64,000 nucleotides of DNA from a virus: positions 105,460 through 169,459 of IMG/VR virus record IMGVR_UViG_3300027833_000013; one strand, written 5' to 3'. The translations under genes and the position numbers were made by a program. A model generated the notes under the pieces. The model worked only from the letters and a program-made list of their open reading frames with translations. It did not search any database and was not told the origin of the DNA. This document shows positions 49,503 to 58,080 of this stretch, piece after piece; position 1 is the stretch's first letter; the number at the start of each line of letters is the position of its first letter.

Positions 49503-49751
49503 TTACGCTCCTTCTTGTGGTTGTTGCTGTGCGGCAACTGCCGCTAAGAAACTATCTAGTTTGTTGTAAGTTTGTCCGATTTGAACCATTTCATTTGGTT
49601 TAAATGCCCCACGTGAACTAGCAACATCGATAATTTGTTTAAGTGCTTGTAGGTCCTGTACTGAAAGATCTGCACCCGGCGCTTGTTCTGCCGATGGTGT
49701 TGCAGGTGCTTCAGTTACTTCTTCTACAGGTGCTTCTGTCTTTTCGTTCAT
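49503..49751 (-). CDS. Small acidic hypothetical protein
   Basis: 82 aa, AAGGAG RBS, IIDVASSRGAFK motif. Confidence 0.65.
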   Translation of the reverse strand: MNEKTEAPVEEVTEAPATPSAEQAPGADLSVQDLQALKQIIDVASSRGAFKPNEMVQIGQTYNKLDSFLAAVAAQQQPQEGA

Positions 49752-49787
49752 AATTCTCTCCTTGTATAGTATATATGCGTACTTTAT

Positions 49788-50051
49788 TTAGTTGTACTTC
49801 AAAAGTGGACAAGCCAACATGAAATAACTTAGTTCTTTAGGTTCTTCAAACCCTATTTTTAGAACAGGCCTTTGATCTAAATCAATTGCTGGTCCTATGT
49901 AGTACCTTCCTTTAAGATTATCTTTAACCCAATTAGTTATTGCGTCAAGAAGGTTATATGTCATAGGTATAGTGCAGTATTCAAAATGCGGAGGTGGTAT
50001 TGTCAATGTTCTTAAATTAAATACATTTAATGGATTAGGTTCTTTTAACAA
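49788..50051 (-). CDS. Hypothetical protein
   Basis: 87-aa ORF abutting the VWA gene. Confidence 0.55.
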   Translation of the reverse strand: MLKEPNPLNVFNLRTLTIPPPHFEYCTIPMTYNLLDAITNWVKDNLKGRYYIGPAIDLDQRPVLKIGFEEPKELSYFMLACPLLKYN

Positions 50052-51332
50052 CTATGCTGCCTCGTCGTAGTGTACTGACATGCCAAATGGGCTTTCAAGA
50101 TCTTTATCACGGTTGCTGTGAATAACAAACAGTGTATCACAGTAGTCTGCATCACCCCAGCTATCCCAAGCATACCCGTCTGTAAACATAATAAACTTCT
50201 TAGGCTGGATGTCATGTTCTTTCATATAATCCCAGTTGCACATAAACTCTGTACCACCGCCGCCCATAATTTCATAGTCTGCTAGTTCTTCGCCGCATGC
50301 AGGATTAAATTCTTGTTCGTTGTATACCTTTGTATCAAAGCACCATACTTTAATGTTATAGTCGTCATACTCTTCCATAATACCTTGTACTTCACCTAAG
50401 AAGTCTGCGCCTTGCTGATTGCCAATTGATCCTGACATATCTAACGCAACACAAATATCAATAGTGTTATCAAAATTCATACCTGGGATAATTGCATTAG
50501 TGTGCCAGGCTTTGCGTGACGGACGAGTAAATGTAAAGTCATTACGTATCGTTGACTGAATCTGTTGACGAATAAGTTCACGCCAGTTCATTTTAGGTTC
50601 AGTAATATCTTTAATCATACGTGCAATCTCTCCTGGAAGATTGCCTGCCCCTGCGGCTTGTGCAGATGAAATCATACTTTCTTTAAGTTCGTCACGTATC
50701 TTTTTTAATTCTTCTTTAGAATAAGTAGGACGTCCGTTACCAGTACCTTCTTTTGTACCTTGTGGACCCTGCTTGTCTTTGCCATCTGGCCCTGGCTTTT
50801 CCCAGTCTACATGTTCGTCAAGTAGTTGTCCTAATGCATCCAATTCATCTTGGTCATATTTATTAAAGATGTCATCGTATACTTGCTCTGAACTCCACTT
50901 GTCGTATTTAAAGTCTTGGAAGATTTCAATTTGATCTACACGTTCACCAATGCGATCACGTACTAGTACATTGTTAACCAAATAGTCGCATGCAATGTTG
51001 TAAATTTGTGCGTCTCGGTCTTCACGTCTTACAATATGGTCAAATACACAATGTAGAATTTCGTGTGCAATAACAAATTCAATCTGCTTGTTAGTAAGCA
51101 TGTTAAAGAACTGTGTATTGTAATATAGATTCTTACCGTCTGTTGCCGCTGTAGGGCACCAATCGTCACATGTTTTAACTGCCATTCTAGTTGCCATGTT
51201 ACCAAAGAACGGATGACGCAATAACAATCCTACGCGAGCAATAATTACACGGTCATGTACTTCTACTTGCATATCAGCAAGTTCTTTTGCTGTAAGATCT
51301 TTTGGTGTAAAACCTTTAGTTTCAATAGTCAT
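50052..51332 (-). CDS. Metallopeptidase-VWA domain protein (DUF2201-like), MoxR partner
   Basis: TAATDG, AHEILH (HExxH), DMSGS (MIDAS), GGGGT.F, FTDG. Confidence 0.85.
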   Translation of the reverse strand: MTIETKGFTPKDLTAKELADMQVEVHDRVIIARVGLLLRHPFFGNMATRMAVKTCDDWCPTAATDGKNLYYNTQFFNMLTNKQIEFVIAHEILHCVFDHIVRREDRDAQIYNIACDYLVNNVLVRDRIGERVDQIEIFQDFKYDKWSSEQVYDDIFNKYDQDELDALGQLLDEHVDWEKPGPDGKDKQGPQGTKEGTGNGRPTYSKEELKKIRDELKESMISSAQAAGAGNLPGEIARMIKDITEPKMNWRELIRQQIQSTIRNDFTFTRPSRKAWHTNAIIPGMNFDNTIDICVALDMSGSIGNQQGADFLGEVQGIMEEYDDYNIKVWCFDTKVYNEQEFNPACGEELADYEIMGGGGTEFMCNWDYMKEHDIQPKKFIMFTDGYAWDSWGDADYCDTLFVIHSNRDKDLESPFGMSVHYDEAA

Positions 51333-51363
51333 TTGTTTTGCCCTTTATCTAACTGTTGTATAC

Positions 51364-51391
51364 AGTATAGCATCTTTGCAGTGTATGTCAA
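51364..51391 (-). promoter_or_regulatory. Sigma70-type promoter for the VWA gene
   Basis: TTGACA-16 nt-TATACT with an extended TG. Confidence 0.65.
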
Positions 51392-51402
51392 CCGAAATGG
51401 AA

Positions 51403-51426
51403 GGTAGAGCGCCTAAACGCCCTACC
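51403..51426 (-). terminator. Stem-loop downstream of the MoxR gene (putative terminator)
   Basis: Minus strand GGTAGGGCG-TTTAGG-CGCTCTACC (9-bp stem with one G-U pair) followed by TTCCATTT. Confidence 0.5.
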
Positions 51427-51435
51427 GTATACATA

Positions 51436-52521
51436 CTAGCTACCATTAGCGGCTTGTATGTACTTACCATAACGCTCATGGAATTCATCAAAACATTCTA
51501 CTTCGTCTGGGTCGATTGGAAGTTGATATTGTGTAATAGCAAGTCGAATGCCCATTACAACTAGTTCTGTTTCAAAGTTATCCATTGCAAAGCGCAGGAA
51601 GTTGCTAACTTTGTCATCAAACTTTTTATCGTTCTTGTCTGATGCTTCTTTTAGCTCGTAGCAGAGTGAAACAGTTAAGGAATACATGGCACTGATTTCT
51701 TTAGTTTTCAGCTCTTTTACTTTCCCTGCTAGGATGTCAGTTGGGTTAGGCATGCTAGACGCAACTTTGCGATGCGCCATAAATTTGACAGCCAACCCTT
51801 CCCCTACTGACCCACTGATCAAATCAGTGGTTGTTTCATCATCGTCGTCCTCAAGTAGTTCTGATACAAAAGACCATGAACGAGGCGTAGCAAATGCTCG
51901 ACTAGGTGAACGCGGATCAAAGTCGTAAAGGTCTTTCTTAGCAAAAGTAAGATAACCTACTACGTCTCTGTGTTGGTCGTTATTAACTGCCCATTGAAAC
52001 CAATCGTCAAAATCAACACGCAACTCTATGTGTACAAATCGATTTGCTAACGGAGCAGGCATTCTGTATGTAACACCTTTATCGGCATCTCTGTTACCTG
52101 CGGCAACAAGTAATACATTGTCTGGTAGCTTGTATTGTCCTACACGACGATTAAGAACTAACTGGTATGCCGCCGCCTGTACTGCTGGCGCTGCCGAGTT
52201 CATTTCATCTAAAAATACAACAACATAATCAAACTGTGCGGCAAACTCTTCTGTTGGAAGTTCTGCAGGAGGTGCCCATTTCATCGTATTATCTGATTCA
52301 CTATAATACGGCATGCCCTTAATGTCTGTTGGATCCCATAATGACAAACGAATGTCAATTAGATGTGAATTACCTAGTTCATTAGCAACTTGTCCAATAA
52401 TGTCAGACTTACCAATACCCGGAGGTCCCCACATAAAAATAGGACGTTTCTTTTTAAATGCACGTACAATGCTTTTCTTAGCACTATTGGGCGTTACTTG
52501 ACGTGTTACTAAACTTTCCAT
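51436..52521 (-). CDS. MoxR-family AAA+ ATPase
   Basis: WGPPGIGKS (Walker A), FLDEMN (Walker B), AAGNR, LANRF, ATPRSW. Confidence 0.9.
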   Translation of the reverse strand: MESLVTRQVTPNSAKKSIVRAFKKKRPIFMWGPPGIGKSDIIGQVANELGNSHLIDIRLSLWDPTDIKGMPYYSESDNTMKWAPPAELPTEEFAAQFDYVVVFLDEMNSAAPAVQAAAYQLVLNRRVGQYKLPDNVLLVAAGNRDADKGVTYRMPAPLANRFVHIELRVDFDDWFQWAVNNDQHRDVVGYLTFAKKDLYDFDPRSPSRAFATPRSWSFVSELLEDDDDETTTDLISGSVGEGLAVKFMAHRKVASSMPNPTDILAGKVKELKTKEISAMYSLTVSLCYELKEASDKNDKKFDDKVSNFLRFAMDNFETELVVMGIRLAITQYQLPIDPDEVECFDEFHERYGKYIQAANGS

Positions 52522-52579
52522 TTTGTATTCCTCTTACATTTAATATATGTTATCAGTGCCTACTTCAAACTATACATAT

Positions 52580-52608
52580 ATTATAGTATAAGATACAATT
52601 AATGTCAA
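52580..52608 (-). promoter_or_regulatory. Perfect sigma70 consensus promoter for the MoxR gene
   Basis: TTGACA-17 nt-TATAAT; GAGGA RBS before ATG 52521. Confidence 0.85.
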
Positions 52609-53024
52609 CCTTTTATTTCGTAATAGTTTCCTGTTTTTTCTTGTTCTGGGTGTTTACCTTGGTAGTCTAACACTGCCGCTTTAATAGCATCTTCTGCTAG
52701 TACACTACAATGAATCTTTACTGGAGGTAATGCTAGTTCAGAAGCAAGTTCGGTATTTTTTATTTTACCTGCTTCACCTAACGACATACCTTTAACCCAT
52801 GTAGTTAATAAACTACTGCTGGCAATAGCACTGCCACACCCATATGTTTTAAATTTAGCATCTTCTATAATGCCATTTTCATCGACTTTAATTTGCAATC
52901 GCATAACATCGCCACATGCCGGTGCTCCTACCATTCCAGTTCCGATGCTTTCGTCTTTGTCATCAAACTTGCCTACATTACGAGGATTCTCGTAATGGTC
53001 CATCACTTTATCTGAATATGCCAT
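52605..53024 (-). CDS. iscU: Fe-S cluster assembly scaffold IscU
   Basis: MAYSDKVMDHYENPRNVG, GAPACGD, FKTYGCGSAIASS, LPPVKIHCS (HscA-binding LPPVK motif). Confidence 0.95.
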   Translation of the reverse strand: MAYSDKVMDHYENPRNVGKFDDKDESIGTGMVGAPACGDVMRLQIKVDENGIIEDAKFKTYGCGSAIASSSLLTTWVKGMSLGEAGKIKNTELASELALPPVKIHCSVLAEDAIKAAVLDYQGKHPEQEKTGNYYEIKG

Positions 53025-53050
53025 AATTGTAGTCTCTAGTTATACTGTAG

Positions 53051-53057
53051 TATTTAT
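53051..53057 (-). promoter_or_regulatory. Putative late promoter core (ATAAATA) upstream of iscU
   Basis: AATAAATA on the minus strand 26 nt upstream of the iscU ATG. Confidence 0.4.
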
Positions 53058-53060
53058 TAC

Positions 53061-53450
53061 TTAAATATTTTTATTTTGTCTATTTAAGGCTTTTGTTATT
53101 CCGTACTTACGAACATCACCAGAAAACAAACTTAGTTCTACTGCCTTCCGTTCGTCTGTAACAACAATTCCATGTCTTCCTAAGAACCAAGGACAGTCGA
53201 GAAAGTTGTCCATCCAAATAAGAGAATTAGTTGTAAGTTCAAAGTCTTGCGGAAATGGTACATCATATGTTGCTAATTGCACTTCATCAACTACTACTCT
53301 AAGGCCTTCGTCTGTTAACCGCAAACCGCCTGTTTCTTTTATTCTTGTGTTCTGCCACCATTGGGGCATATACTCTAATAAGGTACCTTCAGTAATTGCG
53401 ATATTTAATTGTTTTAAAAATATCTTAGTGTAGGTTTCTTTCCAGTTCAT
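53061..53450 (-). CDS. Hypothetical protein
   Basis: 129 aa, GGLRLTDEG motif; coupled to the upstream gene. Confidence 0.65.
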   Translation of the reverse strand: MNWKETYTKIFLKQLNIAITEGTLLEYMPQWWQNTRIKETGGLRLTDEGLRVVVDEVQLATYDVPFPQDFELTTNSLIWMDNFLDCPWFLGRHGIVVTDERKAVELSLFSGDVRKYGITKALNRQNKNI

Positions 53451-53737
53451 TCTTCTGAGACTAACTCGCCAGCAGTAAGTTTATATACTGAAAAGTCTGT
53501 ACAGTCAAATGTATCGTTTAACTTTTTAGCTAAGTTGTGTGCATGTCCTGGATTGGAAAAACTAACTTTCTTATACTTTGGCCCAGGATAATTAGTAAGA
53601 ATATTTGCACTTTTTAAATTAAAAGGCTTTCCTTTATGAAAGACTGACCAGATAGCTTCTGCAACTAGTACTTGTTCACTGCGATATGTTTTTTTGTCAA
53701 TATGCTCTAAAATAACTGTTGGTTTAGGTCTACTCAT
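53447..53737 (-). CDS. Hypothetical protein
   Basis: 96 aa (YPGPKYKKVSFSNPGHA); AGGA RBS and an ATAAATA motif at 53768-53774. Confidence 0.7.
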   Translation of the reverse strand: MSRPKPTVILEHIDKKTYRSEQVLVAEAIWSVFHKGKPFNLKSANILTNYPGPKYKKVSFSNPGHAHNLAKKLNDTFDCTDFSVYKLTAGELVSEE

Positions 53738-53799
53738 ATACGTTGTCCTTTTAATTAACTACGTATATATTTATCTTTTTTATCCATTAAGTTAGTAGT

Positions 53800-54048
53800 T
53801 TACTTCCAATTAGTGCCACCGTCTAATTGTACTTCTATTGAGTCGTCGACACTTGATGCATTTTCTTTAACAAACACTTCTAGCTCACCATGCAACCGAG
53901 CCATAGTTATTCCTAGTGTATATGCAAGGTTCTTTGCCTGAGGCATAGTTAGCTTGATTTCTCGAGCATTACTAGCCTCAGCACTTTTTACTTGTTGAAT
54001 AAAATTTTGTATTGCACTAGTGTTTAGTGGTTCAGATATTGTTGACAC
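53800..54048 (-). CDS. Hypothetical protein
   Basis: 82-aa ORF overlapping the upstream gene. Confidence 0.6.
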   Translation of the reverse strand: MSTISEPLNTSAIQNFIQQVKSAEASNAREIKLTMPQAKNLAYTLGITMARLHGELEVFVKENASSVDDSIEVQLDGGTNWK

Positions 54049-54496
54049 GACTTAACTCCGTACGCATTTCAATATCTGTTTTAAACGGACCACTGTAGTT
54101 ATAGCGTTCAATTGTGATTAGTTTAGGACAAAAGCTCTTTACCCAGCCTTTTTCAAATTCAATACAATAATATCCTGCACAATAAAGACTTTTGCTTTTA
54201 TTACTCTTTGTAAATAAGGGTAACTTATTTTTTACATCGTACATTGGATTATGCGGAACACAACTAGTAGGAAAGCCGTGCGCCTCTTTATCGCCTATTG
54301 TTGGTGCATCGCCGGCTGTCCAATTAATCTTGCCTAGTTTTTCCTTTAGTTGATTAAAGTTGCCAAATACCTCTACGCCGGTACTACAGCTATAAGTGTA
54401 ACATTCTTCATTAGCACTTAGTGTTCCTACTTTTTGTCCTTCTTCTTCAACGATCCAAAATTTACCTTTTAAAACTTCTTTTGCTTTTATTGTCAT
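54032..54496 (-). CDS. Hypothetical protein
   Basis: 154 aa with SLYCAGYY, SFCPK and GPFKT motifs. Confidence 0.65.
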   Translation of the reverse strand: MTIKAKEVLKGKFWIVEEEGQKVGTLSANEECYTYSCSTGVEVFGNFNQLKEKLGKINWTAGDAPTIGDKEAHGFPTSCVPHNPMYDVKNKLPLFTKSNKSKSLYCAGYYCIEFEKGWVKSFCPKLITIERYNYSGPFKTDIEMRTELSRVNNI

Positions 54497-55479
54497 CCGG
54501 GGTACCTCGCTTGTAATGGTTCTGCAAATACCTGTGCCTGGTCAGCAACTCGTTGCATATCCCACTTTGCACAGAACTTCATAAGACGCATGCCAACTTG
54601 TGTAATGCTCTTAGGTGTCATATGTTCTTTAATTACACTATCTAAAATGTTTCTAATGTCTTCAGGTTGTGCAGTCAAGTCACACAACACAACATTACGA
54701 TTATAATCATCTAGTACACGATGTTCTACACCGTTATGATCAGTCCAACGCTGTAGCATCATATTATTCCAGTTGTAGCCTTTTGTAGTCTTATCAGCAT
54801 ATGCTTCAATAAGACCGACTTTATTCTTAGTGCCTTTTTTACGTACACCAGGGTAAGCACTAAACACGTTATCACTAGTGTCGCCACGCATACACTTCTC
54901 AAACAACATAAAGTCAGGCTCGGGTGCCAGCTTTGCTTCTTTAGTCTTCTTATCAATAACTTCACTACCGTCGTCGTTAAAGTAACCTTTGTCTGTAATA
55001 GTTACATTAGCAATACCATTGTACTGACGTACTGTAGGACTAACAAGTTGCGCAAAGTCGCCATCAGTACTAATAATAACATGTTTATCATTAGGATGTG
55101 ATTGTACCCAGCCTGCAATAAGATCATCTGCTTCTAGTTGCTTGTGTTGCATAACTGTGCAGTTAGTCTTGTCTGTAACAAAGTTCTTAAACTCGTCGAA
55201 GATCTCCCAAAACGCCGTGTCTTCTTCAGCTTGTTGCGGCGTAAGTGCATCTCGTGCTACTTGTCTATTACGCTTGTAAGGTTCGTAATAGTCCTTGCGC
55301 CAGCTACGCCCTTCTAAACAAAAAACAATATGATCTGCTTTAAAGTCTTTCCAAGCCTTCTTAACGCTGTTAAGTGTAATGTGTAGTGCCATGCCTACTT
55401 TAGTATCTAAGTCGCCACGTACAACATGCCGAGCTCTAAAGAACGTGTTAGCTGTATCTACTAGAATGTAAGTTGCCAT
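54493..55479 (-). CDS. rnh: 5'-3' exonuclease / T4-like RNase H (FEN family)
   Basis: ILVD, SWRK..Y..YK.NR, LEADD, STDGDF.QL, GDTSDN. ATG 55479 preferred. Confidence 0.85.
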   Translation of the reverse strand: MATYILVDTANTFFRARHVVRGDLDTKVGMALHITLNSVKKAWKDFKADHIVFCLEGRSWRKDYYEPYKRNRQVARDALTPQQAEEDTAFWEIFDEFKNFVTDKTNCTVMQHKQLEADDLIAGWVQSHPNDKHVIISTDGDFAQLVSPTVRQYNGIANVTITDKGYFNDDGSEVIDKKTKEAKLAPEPDFMLFEKCMRGDTSDNVFSAYPGVRKKGTKNKVGLIEAYADKTTKGYNWNNMMLQRWTDHNGVEHRVLDDYNRNVVLCDLTAQPEDIRNILDSVIKEHMTPKSITQVGMRLMKFCAKWDMQRVADQAQVFAEPLQARYPG

Positions 55480-55480
55480 A

Positions 55481-55567
55481 TTATGGACACCCTGATATAC
55501 ATAATGAGAACAAGTCACCATTCTGTACGAATGCAACAAGTAGTGTAATGCCTAAAATTTCTAACAT
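55481..55567 (-). CDS. 28-aa hydrophobic peptide (not in the ORF track)
   Basis: MLEILGITLLVAFVQNGDLFSLCISGCP*; first ORF after a consensus promoter; its stop lies 1 nt before the rnh ATG. Confidence 0.5.
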   Translation of the reverse strand: MLEILGITLLVAFVQNGDLFSLCISGCP

Positions 55568-55596
55568 AGTTTTGCCTTTGTGTAAATTATATTACT

Positions 55597-55625
55597 ATTA
55601 TAACATCATTTATGAATGTTGTCAA
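55597..55625 (-). promoter_or_regulatory. Perfect sigma70 consensus promoter
   Basis: TTGACA-17 nt-TATAAT with an extended TG. Confidence 0.85.
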
Positions 55626-56020
55626 CTAATTTCACTTTTACCTTTGCCCATAGGTACAACATTAATGTACCCCATATCTCTATCAACTGATTGTTCTGAT
55701 TCTTCAAGCATCTGTGTTACTACAGTTTTAAACCAACTATCTACAATTTCTTCGTTGGTTTCACCTGAATAACCTGCATCAAGTAGTTCTTCAATAAACT
55801 GATTATTCCAGTCGATCTCAAAGAAACCGTTCTTAATATTCTCGGGATTAAGCTGTGTATCAATAACTGCAACCCATGCTTTACCAAGTTTAGTAGCTTC
55901 TTCTTTTTCTGCGTCTAGAGCTTTTCTTCGTTCAGTTTCTAATGCATCATTTGTATCTGTAGATTCTACTACAGCCTCTTCTTCTTTTTTATCACGTACT
56001 AGTTTATTCCACCAACCCAT
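55622..56020 (-). CDS. Hypothetical protein
   Basis: 132 aa, acidic, NGFFEIDWN motif. Confidence 0.65.
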   Translation of the reverse strand: MGWWNKLVRDKKEEEAVVESTDTNDALETERRKALDAEKEEATKLGKAWVAVIDTQLNPENIKNGFFEIDWNNQFIEELLDAGYSGETNEEIVDSWFKTVVTQMLEESEQSVDRDMGYINVVPMGKGKSEIS

Positions 56021-56133
56021 TATAATAATCCTTTTCTTCTTAGTTTAACATCAAGCTCTTCATACATCTTCACCGGAGCCTTCATTGCCTTTTCGTGCTG
56101 TGCGTTCTTATAATCTCTAAGTTCCCCAGGCAT
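56020..56133 (-). CDS. 37-aa small protein
   Basis: MPGELRDYKNAQHEKAMKAPVKMYEELDVKLRRKGLL*; overlaps the queE end and has a TAATG overlap with the next gene. Confidence 0.45.
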   Translation of the reverse strand: MPGELRDYKNAQHEKAMKAPVKMYEELDVKLRRKGLL

Positions 56134-57013
56134 TTCCGAATAGTGAGATGTGGAGTCTTGGAGTGAATCGCCATCCTTTTTCCATACAGACTTGCGCGAC
56201 TTCTTGAACATTAAGAACATACTCTTCCGAGCGTCCTCCAAGCGGCATACAATATACTGGACACTCAACGCCGATGTCACGATATGCTTGCACAGCTCGC
56301 CCAGCTTCTTCAATGTCTGAACGATCAGCAACAACAAATTTAAGATAAATGTCACTACCAGCAACAGTGGAATAATTAAGAGCAACATCAGGTTTGATAG
56401 CGTCCTCCCAAGATTCTCCACTAACGCTAAGTTTAGGGCTACAACTCCATGTGACTGTAATTCTGTCACTGTCATTGAGATAGTTGTAGAGGTCGTCGTG
56501 TAAAACTTGTGTAGTGTTTGTTTCAAATGTAACATTTTTTAAATCCTTCATGCGTGGATGTTCGAACAGCTCTACATAAAGTCGTTGCCACGCTAACAAC
56601 GGTTCGCCACCTGTCATAATAAGATGGATATCTTGACCGTTATCCATTGTCCACTTACCTTCTGGAGTAAGCGATAGTAGATGTTCTACTACTTCTTCAA
56701 TCTCTGCAAGTTTGTTAAAGTCTTTAAACTCAGGATAGATACTAGCATAAGTATCACACCCTGTATGAATAATAGGCAAGTCTGTAAACTTTTCAGTCCT
56801 TGCAATAATACCATCATCTAGTAAGTCTTTTACTTCTTGATTGTATCGTTGTCCTGCTTCGTGCTTCTCTGCACGACTAGGCTCATCTTTACCAAGTCCG
56901 AAGTTCATACAACGAAAGTTACAACCAAATGTACGCAGGAATACACTAGGTACTCCTACAAACTTGCCTTCACCTTGTACGCTATAGAACGCTTCTGAAT
57001 ATCGTAGTTTCAT
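56117..57013 (-). CDS. queE: 7-carboxy-7-deazaguanine synthase QueE (radical SAM)
   Basis: SEAFYSVQGEG..GVPSVFLRTFGCNFRC...GCDT, TGGEP, FETN, SPKL, RLH. Confidence 0.9.
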   Translation of the reverse strand: MKLRYSEAFYSVQGEGKFVGVPSVFLRTFGCNFRCMNFGLGKDEPSRAEKHEAGQRYNQEVKDLLDDGIIARTEKFTDLPIIHTGCDTYASIYPEFKDFNKLAEIEEVVEHLLSLTPEGKWTMDNGQDIHLIMTGGEPLLAWQRLYVELFEHPRMKDLKNVTFETNTTQVLHDDLYNYLNDSDRITVTWSCSPKLSVSGESWEDAIKPDVALNYSTVAGSDIYLKFVVADRSDIEEAGRAVQAYRDIGVECPVYCMPLGGRSEEYVLNVQEVAQVCMEKGWRFTPRLHISLFGNAWGT

Positions 57014-57039
57014 AGTTGTTCCTTATGATTATTAGTTTA

Positions 57040-57068
57040 ATTATACATTCTATTTAGGTTACTGTCAA
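57040..57068 (-). promoter_or_regulatory. Perfect sigma70 consensus promoter for queE
   Basis: TTGACA-17 nt-TATAAT; AAGGA RBS before ATG 57013. Confidence 0.85.
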
Positions 57069-57875
57069 GTGTTTTAGAAATTTTGTTGCAATTAAATGAT
57101 GAAACTTTTTAGTATAATGTTCACCGTCACTAGTATAATACGCTGTATGGTCAATGTGCTTGCTTTTAAAATAAGTTTCTATACTAGTCTTTGCTACTGT
57201 TGTAGCCTTTAACTTGCCATAAAAGTCTAGTTCTTTTGGAAATTGTAGACGATCCCTCATTTGAAATAGATAAATCGGTATATTCTTATCTGCACACATA
57301 TTATCCCATGTATACACGTCTTTAAAAAAGTCACGTTGCTCTAAGTGTGTATTAAGTTCAAAGAATGTTTTAATTTGCATATAAGATGCTTTTCTTATAT
57401 CCGGCTCTACTAATCCTGTTTCATAACTAAATTCAATGCCAGGAAAATTGTCATAGTCTTCTGTTGTTGGCTTTTGATACAACTGAAAATAGTCACCTGC
57501 TATACTAGCATCTAAATATCTATCACTAAGTCCATCCTTGGATGTTCCTTCAAAGTGAGTAAACTGGTCTATTGGAACTGTGTCTGATATTAGCTTTTCG
57601 TTATGTGCTAACATAAATCTATTCAAACTACTTAGTAATACAAACACTTCGTCTATGTCATTGTACTTTTTAAATATACTGCCTAACCAATCAGAATACG
57701 CTCGGTTATTACTTCCGGGCATAGCATATACTACTACATTCTTATTATGTTCTTTAGCATATAGTTCGGCATAGTTGTTGTCTTGCCAAACTTTAAAACT
57801 ACCAGGACCTATTTGCCCTGGTAGAGTGTCGTAACCGCATGTATGACTGTCGCCAATAAACAGTGTTCTACCCAA
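57054..57875 (-). CDS. SGNH-family protein
   Basis: FIGDSHTCG, AMPGSNN, DGEHY. Confidence 0.7.
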   Translation of the reverse strand: MGRTLFIGDSHTCGYDTLPGQIGPGSFKVWQDNNYAELYAKEHNKNVVVYAMPGSNNRAYSDWLGSIFKKYNDIDEVFVLLSSLNRFMLAHNEKLISDTVPIDQFTHFEGTSKDGLSDRYLDASIAGDYFQLYQKPTTEDYDNFPGIEFSYETGLVEPDIRKASYMQIKTFFELNTHLEQRDFFKDVYTWDNMCADKNIPIYLFQMRDRLQFPKELDFYGKLKATTVAKTSIETYFKSKHIDHTAYYTSDGEHYTKKFHHLIATKFLKHLTVT

Positions 57876-58068
57876 AATATTTACTCAACATTTCTAAGCG
57901 ATCATCAGCTTCGGCCATTTTATCAAGCTCTGCTTGAACAGCTTCCATCACATCACTGTGTTCGCCAATGCCGGCTGGGTTAGTTAAATACACTTCAATA
58001 TTTGCTCTATGCAATGCAAGTGCTCCTTCGGCATGTTTCTGTGCCGCTTTTATCATCATTTCACGCAT
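57868..58068 (-). CDS. Small hypothetical protein
   Basis: 66 aa, NPAGIGEHSD motif, AAGGA RBS. Confidence 0.65.
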   Translation of the reverse strand: MREMMIKAAQKHAEGALALHRANIEVYLTNPAGIGEHSDVMEAVQAELDKMAEADDRLEMLSKYFG

Positions 58069-58080
58069 TTATTTTCCTTT

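Noticed and set aside
56134-56535. 171-aa ORF overlapping queE on the same strand
   Set aside because: Shadow frame of queE; only the last 37 codons look like a real gene.
56756-56923. Intein or intron in queE
   Set aside because: The insert is only ~48 aa, in frame, without C-terminal HN or other splicing motifs.
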